DNA of 63,402 nucleotides, counting the filler, from Folioceros fuciformis (taxonomy: Eukaryota): NCBI GenBank assembly GCA_049999805.1. It is 5 parts of 5 records of this genome, joined end to end, with 100 filler letters (N's around TTAATTAATTAA, not from the genome) between each part and the next. Parts side by side here need not be neighbours in the genome. Positions count along the whole stretch, not along the records: positions 36,738 to 50,416 come from JBNGIO010004085.1; 4 more parts are not named here. One strand, given 5' to 3'. Below are positions 37,825-50,071 of the stretch, piece after piece. Made by a program: the position numbers and the translations under genes. How positions within the stretch are numbered: position 1 is the stretch's first letter; every line of letters starts with the position of its first letter. Below the pieces are notes generated by a model. That model was not told the DNA's origin. It saw only the letters and a program-made list of their open reading frames with translations, and ran no database searches.

Positions 37825-38641
37825 GACAACATTCACAAGCTGTGCACGTGGCAGTAGCCTGTGATCATGGGTACATGAACAAGGACGCACACAATTGAGC
37901 TGGATACCTCAGCTCAGCTTGTTTCAGCTGCCTCTCCCGGCCAGGACACGGTGACAAAATTGGGTTGGTCCGTGACCGAACGTTCAAGACCTCCGATGCA
38001 TGCGTCTCGAAATGGCATCCAGCCAGTGGCAGACGATCTTCCCAGTCAGTTTTCACGACCTCAACCAAATTTTTGGGGAGAAGTTTTGCCCTTCGGGCCC
38101 TCGGCTCGGGCCACCACACATGAATAAAAAAAAATTCTTTTTAGGATAATGTTGCTTGGAGCAAAGAAGGTCCCACCGGTCTATGGCATTACGGAACGCG
38201 ATCAAAGGACAGGGACGGGGGGGGACTCGGGACACGGGAGCCGCAATTGTCACCAATATTAATATCCACGCCCTCCCTCCTGTTCCTTGGTGCACCCGAT
38301 CCAAGACGTGCGAATATGCTGTCCTTGGAGTTCTCGACTCCCAGAGTCCCCACCCAATCCATCAACGCCGACTCCCTCCTGCCACGATGGCGAGATCGCG
38401 GAAAGTTCGCGCGCAGCTTCTTCATGTGGCGTTTGTATGATAACTGGCAGTGACATGGGTACAGATGTCACAAATGTGACAAAACGACAGGTAGCGGCAC
38501 CCGCGGCGGACAGGTAAAGACGGGGCCACATCCGGGCGAGGTGGAGAGAAGTGTATAAGGAGGAGCGGCCTACATCGGGCTCCTTCTCCCACCCAAGCTC
38601 GGAGCGGCGCCCTCTCGGGCCTGGATCGCTGGAAGGAGAAG

Positions 38642-41600
38642 ATGGCATCCTTCTGCCGCCCGGTGGCCGAGGGCGTGTGGGCAACACAGCTGCCCAACGG
38701 CTTCGGCAGCTTCACGCCCTGCCTGGTGGACGCCGCGGTGCTCGGAATCTCGCACACTGTTCTGCTCTGCCTGGCGTTGTGGCGGATCCACCTCCTGGTC
38801 TCCGTGCCCAGGCTGATCCGCTTCCGCCTCAAATCGCTGCTGCCGCAGACATTGAAGGCGGTCCTGGCGGCTTTCCTGGTGGCCGCCCCCGTGCTGGAAC
38901 TGTCCCTGGGATGGAGCACCGTGAATGCGCCACAGGACGGGGAGCAAGGGATGCCGCCCTCGGAAATTTTCGCCCTAGCCCTCTCCGCGGTTTCCTGGGC
39001 GGCCGTGCTGGCGGCCCTGGTGATCGAGGCCAGAGTGTATGTGAAGGAGTCCGCGTGGTTCTTCAGGTTTGGGGTGGTGTACGCGCTGCTGGCCCAGGCC
39101 ACCAGGTTCCAGTACTTCTTCGCGGTGAGGGGCTTCTTTGAATCCGGCGTGGTGGGTCTGTATGCGGCGTATGGCGCTGGGGAGCTGTTGTTTTCGCTGC
39201 TGCTGCTGCTACATCTCCCAGGGCTGGAGGAGCATCCGGGGTACTCGCAGGTGGCCCTGGAGGATGTCCATGCGGGCGTAGCGGGCGGGAAGTATGAGGA
39301 GCTCCCGGGGCCTCCCGGGTGGGAGGAGCCTTTCCCCGAGCGGACGGCGGGAATTCTGTCGTGGGTCACTTTTAGTTGGATGACGCCGCTCATGAAGCTG
39401 GGCCACAAGCGGCCCATTACGGAGAAGGATGTGTGGAAGCTCGAGGGTTGGGACCAGAGTGAGGCCTTGTATGCCAACTTCAGGGAGTGCTGGGAGAGGG
39501 AATTGAGGTCGCCGAGACCGTACCTGTTGCGGGCCCTGAATCGCGCGCTGGGAGGAAGGTTTTGGCTCGGGGGGCTGTGGAAGGTGGGGAATGATGCGTC
39601 GCAGTTCGTGGGTCCCATTTTTCTGAACCTGCTGCTGCAGTCTATGCAGAGAGGGGGGCCCGCGAGTGAGGGCTACTTGTATGCGGCGTGCATCTTTGTG
39701 GGCGTGGGGCTCGGGGTGTTGGCGGAGGGGCAATACTTCCAGAATGTGATGCGGACGGGGTTTCGGATCCGGTCGTCTTTGGTGGCTGCGGTTTTCAGGA
39801 AGTCATTGCGCCTGACGCATAATGGGCGGCGTGGTTACACCACTGGGAAGATAAACAATTTGATGACCACGGATGCGGAGGCGATGCAGCAGATTTGCCA
39901 GCAGTTGCACGGCCTGTGGTCCGCCCCGGTGCGGATTGTGGTGTCTGTGGTCTTGTTGTTCCAGCAGTTGAGGTGGGCGTCGCTGGTGGGGTCGTCGGTG
40001 CTGCTGCTGCTCTTCCCGTTGCAGACGATTGTGATCAAGAGGTCGCAGAAGTTGACTCGGGAGGGTTTGCAGTGCACGGACAAGCGCATTGGGCTCATGA
40101 ATGAGATATTGGCTGCTATGGACGTGGTGAAGTGCTATGTGTGGGAGAGGAGCTTTCAGAGTAAGGTGGCTGGGGTTCGCGGGCAGGAGATTTTGTGGTT
40201 CAGGAAGGCGCAGATTCTGGCTGCTGTGAATAGCTTTCTGCTCAACAGTATTCCGGTTCTGGTCACGGTTATTGCGTTTGGGCTGTATGTGCTGCTCGGC
40301 GGGGAGCTCACCCCTGCCAAGGCCTTCACTTCCCTTTCCCTTTTCGCCGTGCTTAGGTTCCCGCTGTATATGTTCCCCAACCTGATAACGCAGGTTGTGA
40401 ACGCTCAGGTGTCGCTCAAGAGGTTGCAGGACTTGTTTCTGGCTGAAGACCGGATTTTGGAGCCCAACCCGCCCCTTCAGCTGGGGCTGCCGGCGGTCTC
40501 GATAAAGGATGGCGTTTTCTCTTGGGATCCCACGTCTCAGAAACCTACCTTGGTGGATATCAACTTGGAGGTGCCGGTGGGCAGCTTCGTTGCCGTGGTT
40601 GGAGGAACTGGAGAAGGTAAATCATCTCTTCTTTGCGCCATGTTGGGTGAGATGCCGCCTGTTGCGACCAGCGAAGCCGTCATTAGAGGGAATGTAGCTT
40701 ATGTGCCACAAGTATCGTGGATTTTCAATGCAACGGTACGGGACAATGTTTTGTTTGGCCTTCCCTACGACCCCATTCGGTATAGCAGAGCAATAAAGGT
40801 TAGTGCACTGGACCACGATTTGCAGCTTCTTCCAGGCGGTGACCTTACAGAGATTGGAGAGCGAGGTGTGAACATCAGTGGTGGGCAGAAACAGCGGGTG
40901 TCCATTGCTAGGGCAGTGTATGCCGATGCTGATGTCTATCTGTTCGATGATCCTCTCAGTGCTCTGGATGCACATGTTGCGAAACAGGTGTTTGAGACCT
41001 GCATGAAAGAAGAGTTGAAGGGCAAGACCATTGTTTTTGCTACCAATCAATTGCATTTTCTGGCTCATGTGGACAAGGTCTTTCTCGTCCATGAAGGAGC
41101 TGTGAGGGAGCAGGGCACGTTCGAGGAATTGTTGGAAAATGGTCCTCTGTTTAAGCTGCTGATGGAGAATGCGGGAAGCCTGGAGGATGCTGAGGAGGAT
41201 CTTAATCACGAGGCCGCTGAAGGTAGCTTGTCTGAGGCAAACCTTGTAGCACTGAATGGTGGTGAAGTAACAAGGGCTCCCAGCTTTTCCAAGAAGCCTA
41301 GCAAAAAGGTTGAAGAGACTAAGGCAAAGTCGGTGTTGATCAAAACTGAGGAAAGAGAAACTGGGGTTATCAGTGCCAAAGTACTGCGCAGATATCAGGC
41401 TGCAGCAGGTGGAGCTTGGGTGATTGCTGTTCTGTTTTGCCTCTATGTTTTAGCAGAAGTGGTGAGGCTCTCAAGCAGCGCGTGGCTCAGCGTGTGGACT
41501 GATGTATCGGGAACCAAATCTCACTCGCCAAATTATTACAACGCTGTTTATGCCATCCTATCCTTCTCCCAGGTATTAGTCACCCTTAGTAACTCTTTCT

Positions 41601-43492
41601 GGCTTGTTTTCTCAAGTCTAGCTGCTGCCAGGAGCCTTCATGATGGTATGCTTGGAGCTATTTTGAGGGCCCCCCTGTCGTTTTTTCACTCCAATCCTAT
41701 AGGTAGAATCATTAACAGGTTTGCCAAGGACACAGGTGATATAGACCGCAATGTCGCAATTTTCACCAACATGTTCGTGAGCTCTCTTTTCCAGTTGTTG
41801 TCCACCTTCGTTATGATTGGTTATGTGAGCTCCTTGTCCCTTTGGGCGGTGTTACCTCTTCTTCTTATGTTTTATTATGCATATGAATATTTCCAAGCCA
41901 CCGCACGTGAGGTGAAGCGTCTTGATTCAGTCACGCGATCTCCAGTATATGCACAGTTCAGTGAAACTTTGAATGGTTTGGCCACCATACGTGCTTTCAA
42001 GGCACATGATCGCATGGCCCACATGAATGCTGCAACTATGGACATCAACGTGCGCTACACCCTCGTGAGTATGAGCGCAAACCGGTGGCTTGGTATTCGT
42101 CTGGAGTTCCTCGGTGGCCTTATGATCTTTGTCACTGCATTTCTGGCTGTTCTGGGGACTGCTCGAGCCTCCAACCCAGCAACATTTGCTCCTCAGATGG
42201 GTCTGCTTCTGAGCTACGCTCTGAACATAACTAGCCTCATGACGGGCGTCCTGCGCCTTGCCAGTGTGGCTGAGACCAGTTTCAATGCTGTTGAGAGAGT
42301 TGGAACCTACACCGACATTCCACCTGAAGGTCCGCTAGTTATTGAGGACACCCGTCCGCCACCAGGATGGCCGGATGCAGGAGCTATAGAATTCCGAGAT
42401 GTTATGCTGCGGTACCGACCAGAATTGCCTCCAGTGTTGAACGATCTGTCCTTTAGCGTGAGGCCTCATGAGAAAATCGGGATTGTGGGCAGGACAGGGG
42501 CTGGAAAATCGAGTATGATGAATGCACTTTTCCGAATAGTGGAGGTTGAGCAGGGTCAGATCTCGATTGATAACCTTGTCATTGCCAGCATTGGGCTGGC
42601 AGACCATAGGAGACACTTGGGAATCATCCCTCAGGTTCCTGTCCTGTTTTCGGGCACCATCAGGTTCAATCTGGATCCTTTTGGCGAGCACAGTGATGGT
42701 GATCTATGGGAGGCACTTGAAAGGGCGCATCTCAAGGATGTTGTCAGAAGGAGCTCTTCTGGCCTCGACATGGACGTTTCGGAGGGGGGTGACAACTTCA
42801 GTGTGGGGCAAAGACAACTTCTAAGTCTTTCTCGAGCACTGTTGCGAAGGTCTAAGATTTTGGTGCTCGATGAAGCAACTGCGGCCGTGGACGTTGCAAC
42901 GGATGCACTTATCCAGAGAACTATAAGGGAGGAGTTCAAATCTTGCACGATGCTCATCATTGCCCACAGGTTGAACACAATAATTGACAGTGACCGCATC
43001 CTTGTCCTTGACAATGGCCAGGTGATTGAGTTTGACACTCCTTATAATCTGCTAGCCAAGGAGGATAGTCACTTTGCCGGAATGGTCAGGAGCACTGGCG
43101 CCGCAAATGCTCGTCACTTGCAGCAACTTGTTATGGAAGCGCTGGAAGAGAAGAGAGAAGAGGAAGCACGGCTAGGACAGGTCAGAGATAGGATTACTTC
43201 AAGATGGGAGACCGCAGCAAAATGGGCGCTGGCTATGAGTCTGACCAGCTCAAACCGTGATTTGAAGGCGTTTTGTGATGCTGCCGAAGGACAGGAGGAA
43301 ACTATAATTGAGCGTAGTCGCGATGCTGCCAAGTTGTTGCAGGAGATCATGTTAAGAGAACATGATAATGAGATACAGGAGGAATTAGAGAGACGGGGCA
43401 TCCCTGAGGAACAGTGGTGGGCTGCGTTGCTCCGTGTTGTAGATGGCCTGGGAGGAATGGGGCGACAGCTGCGAAGGAATCTCTACAAGTGA
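38642..43492 (+). CDS. ABC transporter subfamily C, MRP1/MRP2 (ABCC1/ABCC2)-like, intronless, 1616 aa
   Basis: FCRPVAEGVW...FGSFTPC N-terminus, GGTGEGKSSL, GVNISGGQKQRVSIARA, GRTGAGKSS, NFSVGQRQLL, and the ABCC1/2-type C-terminal extension (SRW..AA.WALAMSLTSS.RDL). TATA-like TATAAG at about 38554. Confidence 0.96.
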   Translation: MASFCRPVAEGVWATQLPNGFGSFTPCLVDAAVLGISHTVLLCLALWRIHLLVSVPRLIRFRLKSLLPQTLKAVLAAFLVAAPVLELSLGWSTVNAPQDGEQGMPPSEIFALALSAVSWAAVLAALVIEARVYVKESAWFFRFGVVYALLAQATRFQYFFAVRGFFESGVVGLYAAYGAGELLFSLLLLLHLPGLEEHPGYSQVALEDVHAGVAGGKYEELPGPPGWEEPFPERTAGILSWVTFSWMTPLMKLGHKRPITEKDVWKLEGWDQSEALYANFRECWERELRSPRPYLLRALNRALGGRFWLGGLWKVGNDASQFVGPIFLNLLLQSMQRGGPASEGYLYAACIFVGVGLGVLAEGQYFQNVMRTGFRIRSSLVAAVFRKSLRLTHNGRRGYTTGKINNLMTTDAEAMQQICQQLHGLWSAPVRIVVSVVLLFQQLRWASLVGSSVLLLLFPLQTIVIKRSQKLTREGLQCTDKRIGLMNEILAAMDVVKCYVWERSFQSKVAGVRGQEILWFRKAQILAAVNSFLLNSIPVLVTVIAFGLYVLLGGELTPAKAFTSLSLFAVLRFPLYMFPNLITQVVNAQVSLKRLQDLFLAEDRILEPNPPLQLGLPAVSIKDGVFSWDPTSQKPTLVDINLEVPVGSFVAVVGGTGEGKSSLLCAMLGEMPPVATSEAVIRGNVAYVPQVSWIFNATVRDNVLFGLPYDPIRYSRAIKVSALDHDLQLLPGGDLTEIGERGVNISGGQKQRVSIARAVYADADVYLFDDPLSALDAHVAKQVFETCMKEELKGKTIVFATNQLHFLAHVDKVFLVHEGAVREQGTFEELLENGPLFKLLMENAGSLEDAEEDLNHEAAEGSLSEANLVALNGGEVTRAPSFSKKPSKKVEETKAKSVLIKTEERETGVISAKVLRRYQAAAGGAWVIAVLFCLYVLAEVVRLSSSAWLSVWTDVSGTKSHSPNYYNAVYAILSFSQVLVTLSNSFWLVFSSLAAARSLHDGMLGAILRAPLSFFHSNPIGRIINRFAKDTGDIDRNVAIFTNMFVSSLFQLLSTFVMIGYVSSLSLWAVLPLLLMFYYAYEYFQATAREVKRLDSVTRSPVYAQFSETLNGLATIRAFKAHDRMAHMNAATMDINVRYTLVSMSANRWLGIRLEFLGGLMIFVTAFLAVLGTARASNPATFAPQMGLLLSYALNITSLMTGVLRLASVAETSFNAVERVGTYTDIPPEGPLVIEDTRPPPGWPDAGAIEFRDVMLRYRPELPPVLNDLSFSVRPHEKIGIVGRTGAGKSSMMNALFRIVEVEQGQISIDNLVIASIGLADHRRHLGIIPQVPVLFSGTIRFNLDPFGEHSDGDLWEALERAHLKDVVRRSSSGLDMDVSEGGDNFSVGQRQLLSLSRALLRRSKILVLDEATAAVDVATDALIQRTIREEFKSCTMLIIAHRLNTIIDSDRILVLDNGQVIEFDTPYNLLAKEDSHFAGMVRSTGAANARHLQQLVMEALEEKREEEARLGQVRDRITSRWETAAKWALAMSLTSSNRDLKAFCDAAEGQEETIIERSRDAAKLLQEIMLREHDNEIQEELERRGIPEEQWWAALLRVVDGLGGMGRQLRRNLYK

Positions 43493-44159
43493 GGTTCTTC
43501 TTCCCCTCGATTCTCTTCCCGTCATGTTAGATTCACCATTTTTTTTTGGCAGACAGGGAGATTGTAATGAATTTGCATCAGCTTTCGGGAGGGGGGTAGT
43601 ACTCGATAATAGTCTTCAGTTGCTCTTGTCTCAACGAGGTTTGAAACGGGTGTAATCTTTGCACATGATAATGGCAATGGGAAAGGCCAAACAGCCAAAG
43701 GAAGCCCTTGTTGGGTTTGTTCCGTGACGGGACGACCTGCCCGGTAGCAGTGTATAAGTGAGAAAAGCTACAAAGGGCCTGGTACTTCGTAGCCTGGTCA
43801 TGCATCGTAACTAGTTGTGTATTACTTGTTCATATGCTTATGGACACTTTTACCTAGTTTGGAGAAGAATTCCGGACAGGGAGAAGAGGCTTATTTCCTA
43901 CCTCTCCGATCAACGAAACTGTGAACTAGCCTAAATTCCTTTATATTGTAACGTCCGAGGCTCCTTTCCATCCCATGTCAATGACATGGGCTCCGCATTT
44001 GGAAATAGACCTCAGCATGCCTTGTTCAGTTTCGTCGTGTATGTTCTCCTGTTTTCCTGCATTTCTGCATTCATATACATAACAAAAAGCTTGAGCACTC
44101 AAAATCATGTATAATCAGGAAATGGCATGAAGAGGAGGAGAGATACACTGCAGCGGGTA

Positions 44160-44460
44160 CCTTGTTACAATGTCTGTTGTCGAAGACGCAAAAGAGAGAC
44201 CATTTTGACTTCAGTATCCGGCTCCAAATATTCAAATCTTTGGTGAAACCGGTGCTATGTTGTGGTAGCGGAGGACTTCACGTCATATCACGTGAAGCCC
44301 TGAACGAGGGAGGAAGTTTCATGCTCAAAGCCAAGCGATTTGGCGAGGACAGGTTGGTGAGGGGAGCGGTCAAGGCATCCAACAGGTTGCAAGCTGCCTT
44401 GCACGATGGCTGGTTTCCAGAGATCTGTGCTTGGTACACACGGTGGCTACTGCCGTATGC
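44160..44460 (+). mobile_element. Possible non-LTR retrotransposon (LINE) RT C-terminal relic
   Basis: RLQIFKSLVKPVLCCG resembles the LINE RT thumb motif (LF.SLV.PVL.YG); nothing else is intact. Confidence 0.3.
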
Positions 44461-44978
44461 TGAGAGCCGGCTGACATGCGTTCCTAAACCCGAAAGCCAC
44501 CACCTTGTTCTCACTTGGAAGTTCTCCCCAAGCAAGGAGAACATTTTCTACGAGGCAAGGATGGATGGCACAGTGTACTCCAGCTGCTGTCTGCCTGTAG
44601 TAACCTCCAGTAACTCAAGAATGAAGCAAGCATTGCAAGCAGTTCATAATGCAAGCCAGCTCGTGACAACAAGGAACGCAGGCATGGGAAACATTCAGTA
44701 TACCCTGAAAATGTATCAAACAAGTGACGCAAGGGGAGGTCAGGTTGAATGCCATTTTGTGTTTTCACACCAGGCGGGAACAAGGAGAGGCTCAGCCCAA
44801 GAGGCCGCGCTTTTACACCACGCAGGATTCTCATTCCTACACACCGACCAAGAGCACGTTGCATCCTCCTACTCGACACCTTCAAACCATAGCTTGTGAG
44901 CATGATGAGCAGAAAAAGTAGAATGTGCGTTAGGCTCCAATCGCATAGGCGAACCGCAGAACCAGCCGGCCTAAATGC

Positions 44979-45871
44979 TTAGATCTCATCGTGCTTTGGA
45001 AACGTCGGAACACCGGGTAGGCCATTTACTGCGACCAACTCTGTGTCAAAGATCAGAGTAGCTCCACCTAACCCCCCAGCACACAACAAAACTTTTTAAA
45101 TGCCATGACTAACCGTGGACGAGCAGGAGCACGAACTCAGATGAAACAAGAAAGCAGGTATTCGCACTTCTGGGTACCTGGAATTTTTGGGGGAGATCCT
45201 CTGTCTCCATAACCCAGCTTGCTAGGAATCTTGAGTTTTCGCTTCTCCCCTACGCACATCCCCAAGATACCTTGATCCCAACCTGCGCACCAAAATCACT
45301 TGGTTAGCTAAAGACCACGGCATTTCTGGAACATCCAGCAGCAGAAGACACACCTTTGATCACCCGACCAGCTCCCAACGCGAACTCAATAGGCTCGCCC
45401 CTTTCATAACTTGAATCGAATACGGTTCCGTCCGTGAGAGTCCCCTACGCAGCCCGCGGACGTCAAGATCCACCACACAAGACTAGGGATCAAAGCCTCG
45501 TGAAGCAAGCACTGAAACCCTACCTTGTAATGCACCTTCACTGTATCCCCCTTGCGAGCCTGAAGTTCGCATGTTGTAGGTTTGAACTGTAACCCGCCAG
45601 AACCACCAAATCAGATCATGGGGCACAAGAGCGAACTCTTCACTACAGAGTGGGGACGAGCCAGTACCTTAACTCCAATCTGAAGCTCCTTCACCTCCTT
45701 CCCTTGCTTGGCGACAACTGACATGGCCACATGTTAACTCAACTGTGATGAAAATCTGCAACTGCCCCTCCAAAAGAACGCCCACAGCAATACATCACGC
45801 CTGCCACACGCACCTGCGATAGCGAGGAGTACAATGGAGAATGTTACTGGCAAACACTTTCGGAACGCCAT
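44979..45871 (-). CDS. FKBP15: ER FK506-binding peptidyl-prolyl isomerase FKBP15, 6 exons (absent from the ORF track)
   Basis: Spliced product [134 protein letters not shown]...HDEI*. Has a signal peptide and an HDEL-like terminus. Confidence 0.95.
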
Positions 45872-45998
45872 GGTTGCCCTTGATCAGCACCAACGACTCA
45901 ACAACAGCTGCTCAGTTTCAAACTAGGAGCCCATGTATATTAGGACGGCCGAAAGGGAGGACTGAGGTGTTGACGCGTTTGTGGATTTCTGGGTCATT

Positions 45999-47478
45999 AT
46001 GGCGGATATGCCAGGAGAAGAAACGTTGCCTACGGGACCGGTGCCCAGCTCTGAGGAAGAACGGGACGACGAGGAGATCCGCCACTATCTGAAGGCGGCA
46101 AATGGAGCAAGGATCGAGGAGAATCCTGCTCTGCGATGCATCCCTGTCGCTGTAGCAGTTTTGGTGGCTGCTGTCATGCTGCGGTTCATCGGTCCCGGCT
46201 CAAGCAATCCAGTACGCCTTTGCGGTTTCCTGGGCTGATGTCCAGCGGAGTAGGGGGTTTTGCTGAATAGGTTTACTGGTTCTCTGTCTCAGAAGCTTTG
46301 GACTCGGGAAGAACTTGCCAAGCATGATGGTTCCAGCAAACAGCATGCTATATGTTTGAGCATCTTGGGGTAGGTTTTGTGTCTTCCCAGGACAGCCTCA
46401 AGGAGTTTGAAGCTTAGCTGGTCATGTCTGCCCTTTGGATACAGGGAGTGAGACGCTGAGTTATCGAATCCATCGTGTGTTGTGGCAAGGCCAGGAGTGT
46501 CTTTGACGTTAGCAAGGGCTCTGAACACTACGGACCCGGTGGATCATACCATTACTTTGCTGGGCGGTAGTTTCTCCTAGCTTCTGTTGTCCGCAGTATC
46601 TGTTCTGACTTGTTTCTCCACACTTACGTATGTGCTGACCAAAGTAGAACTGTTTCCCCCTTACTCATGTCTGTTGTAGGGATGGCAGTCGTGCGTTTGT
46701 TACCGGTGATTTTACTGGTAATCATTCTTGCACCGATGACTTCTGTGCCAAAGTGCAGATTCAGTACATGGTCAGATCTAAAGTTAATTATGGGCTCTGC
46801 GCAGGTGGTCTCTCTGACTCAGTGGAAGGGTTGTCTCCCTCACAGGTGACTGTCCAGTACATGGTGCTCATGCTCTTGTCCATGTGCTGGTGTAACCATG
46901 TTGCGGTGGATGCCACATTCAGATTAAGAGCATCGATGACTGGAGAAACTTCTACCACAAGAATTACAGGTATGCATTATCGACTACTGCACATTCAGAA
47001 GAATCGTTCCACCGCATTCCACGGTCTCGCTGTCTCTTTTATTCTGCATTTGCAATGCAGATACGTTGGTAGGTTAATTGGAAAGTATTACGACTCGGAT
47101 GGGAAACCCAGCCTGGATTTGTTAGGAGTGGAGAAGCAAGCAGCCGTGGGAGCAGAGATAGCAAAGCATCAGAAGGCCGACGAGGAGTTGTATGTGAACT
47201 GCAACTCACTGTGGTCGTCAGAGGACGGGTCTCAGGTTAGCATGCAGCTACCAACATCTGCACCTAGCACGTTCTATGCAAAGTTAGTAATTAGATGTGA
47301 CGTGCAGGTTTGGTGCCAGTCTGGCTATCCTCGGAAGGTGCAAAAAACTGCTCAGGGCCCTTATAAGGGCACGGTGAGCAAAAGGTGCGCCTGCTTCCAA
47401 GACGCGGAGTTGGGCAGGCCGGGACTGGAGCTGTACGAAGGTTGTCATTCGCTTGCCACCTCCTGCAGAGTCTCGTAG
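45999..47478 (+). CDS. MAPR4: Membrane-associated progesterone-binding protein 4 / neuferricin-like cytochrome b5 domain protein, about 8 exons
   Basis: TM segment, then [76 protein letters not shown]..GYPR and KRCACF. Confidence 0.9.
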
Positions 47479-48660
47479 CTCTAGTTCACTAAAGGCCGAT
47501 CTTTGGCAATTTAGCTTCGTAGGCACTGCAAAGAGAAGCCAGTGCGTGAAGAAAGTCATCTTAAGCGGGCGGCACTAGCGCGGCCGAATCCAGTCTTTGA
47601 GACTCTCTTGAAGTTCTAGATGAGGACTGCTGGTGGGCAGCAGTTTCATCNNNNNNNNNNNNNNNNNNNNNNNNNNNNNNNNNNNNNNNNNNNNNNNNNN
47701 NNNNNNNNNNNNNNNNNNNNNNNNNNNNNNNNNNNNNNNNNNNNNNNNNNGCTTAGCTGCCTGTGTGGTGCCTGTCCCTTCCATCTGTGCGGAATTGAAA
47801 AGATCTGGAGTGCGACACCCGACTCGGGACAAGCTCAAGACCAATCGATACGTGTACGTACGAGTCCCGATTCGGGACTGGAATTGCGCTAAGAGGCGGT
47901 GCACCAAGACACAAGAAACGCATTTCTTCGAAACGTTGCCGTTTTGTGGTCATTTTTTTGTTCTTGACATAATAGAATGTAATATTTTATTTTACAGATT
48001 TAGAGATATCATATTCAGAATCCTCAAATTTAAGATCAGTGGCTGAAAAGTAAAACTGGTAGCATAGAATCCTAGCATAGAATTCAAGAAGTAATCCTCA
48101 TAGGGGAAATTTAGATTGGGTGTAAAGAACTCTTCATTTTGATTACACAACATGTCCAAAACCATATATTACAATTGAAAACTTCACTTGTAAGATTAGG
48201 ATCTCTTATCTTGTGTTATAACATTGCTAAGTGGCTCCAAAACCTTAGCTTCTTTGCTAAATCCCTCAAAAGCCTCAACTTGCATATCAGGCCTCATCTA
48301 CAAGAGAAAGATGCACAAAACAAAAGGTGGTTCCCATCATTGCAGTTAGTTGTTCATATAGAGAAGGAGCATGGGTTATTCTTCTTACCTTTTCATTGTA
48401 CTTGTCACTAAACATTCATACATGACTCACAATTGTTTATAGAAACGTTTGCTACCATTACAGCAACTTGCATCTTTTGCCCTCGTCTAGTTCTTCATCT
48501 TGCAAATTGTTACTTGAATCAAAAACACTCTAAAATTGGTAACTAGAAACACACTTAGTAGTCACAAAAACCCATAGCCTTCTCCAAGGCTTGATACAGT
48601 GTTGAGAAGGAGGGCACATGCTTGTGAATAGCATAATAGTTTGCAAGAGGCAACACTAAG

Positions 48661-50021
48661 TGTGAACCTCCAAAGTTTGGGGTAGTGGTTTGTTTTGGTT
48701 GAAAAAGGGTTAATAATGGTTTGTCTTGGTTTTCTTTTTCTACTGATTTTTTCTAATTTTTCTTTATTTTCTAGTCATTTTTTCTTCTGCTAATTAGGTT
48801 AATTGACTAGTAAGTAGTTGGTTTGGTTATTAAAGTGAGTATAGGGTTGGTCCTAGGCATGGAAAAGTTTAGGTTTGGTACTAGACCATAGAGTCGGGAA
48901 GGTTTGAATTTAGGTTTGGTAATGTATTTAATATTGATTAAAGATATGTAGTATTAATTAAATAATATTAAATAAGCAAATAATTGTTTGAACCTAGGAG
49001 CGGGAATATGGGGATATGTCAAGGTTGGCAGGGATATGCCAGAGGTTGGCAGGGATATTCCAGGGTCTGGCTGGCTGACAGGGTTGCATGATTGACTGAA
49101 CGGCCATGAGGACTACACTCTAGCTAGGGTAGGAATGTGGCCACTTTCATCTCCATTCCTCTTCCTCCCTTCCTTCTCCTACATTTTCCATCTCCGCTTC
49201 CTCTTTTCCCCCCTCCTTCTCCTACATTTTCCATCTCCGCTTCCTCTTTTCCCCCTTCCTTCTCAATCTCTTTGCCCCGTTTCCTCCTTGGATCCAAATT
49301 GTAGGCAAAAAGACCCTCGAGAGTTAGGATTTAATGTGCACCGGAGGAGCTTCAGCCGAGCTACAGAACTTGGGCGTTGCAGGGACCAGCGACGGCACAA
49401 CCCAGTCGGTCTCCTGATCCACCTCCATCCTTGATTTCCTTGTTCAGTTCCCATCGACACCCTCTTCTAGTCACATAACTGATCCAGTCCCTTGCTGTTG
49501 TTGTCCCTTCCCATTGCTGTAAATTGCTAGGTGATCTAGCCGGATTTCCAGCCCACCCCAGCCTACTCCGCCGATTTCCAGTGCACCATCCTGCCTCCCT
49601 AGCCAAATCTCCTCGCTTCGTCCCGAATTCTTTTCAGCCAATTGCATCGCTGGTGTAGCTGTGGAGTGATTTCTTACTCCCAAGAACCACCAAAAGGGCC
49701 ATACTTCCCCTTATTGTCATTGCAGTCTTATGATTCGCTCCCAAGGGAGTGAACTAGTGTCAAGGATACCTACAATTCCCTACTGCCACTCTATCTATCA
49801 GCCGATTCCTAGCCCTGACCGTACTCTAGCAAAAAGGTTAGAATCCCTAGCCTATCTTCAGCTCCACCCACCAATTCCACGCTCCAACACTTCAGTCCTT
49901 CAGCCCTTCATTTCTCCACTTCAGCTCACCCTCTGCACTCCAACAGCTCACCCTTCACTTCACCTCACTCCAACACCTCCACACTTCTCTTCAACTCACT
50001 CCGGGAACTTGGGACACAACA
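48661..50021 (-). mobile_element. Complete ~1.36-kb LTR of the second family, preceded by a polypurine tract
   Basis: Minus strand reads PPT AAAGGGGAGAAGT (50034-50022), then TGTTGTGTCCC...GGAGGTTCACA. Contains 20-bp tandem units (~49011-49065) and a ~40-bp pyrimidine-rich duplication (~49178-49260). Confidence 0.75.
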
Positions 50022-50071
50022 ACTTCTCCCCTTTGCAGTCTTCAAGGCAGTAGTATGGGGACTAGGACTGG

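Noticed and set aside
25277-43492. Apparent cluster of two ABCC transporters with a metal transporter, lipase and CaaX protein (detoxification island)
   Set aside because: The two ABCC genes lie on different scaffolds separated by a linker, so adjacency is not established.
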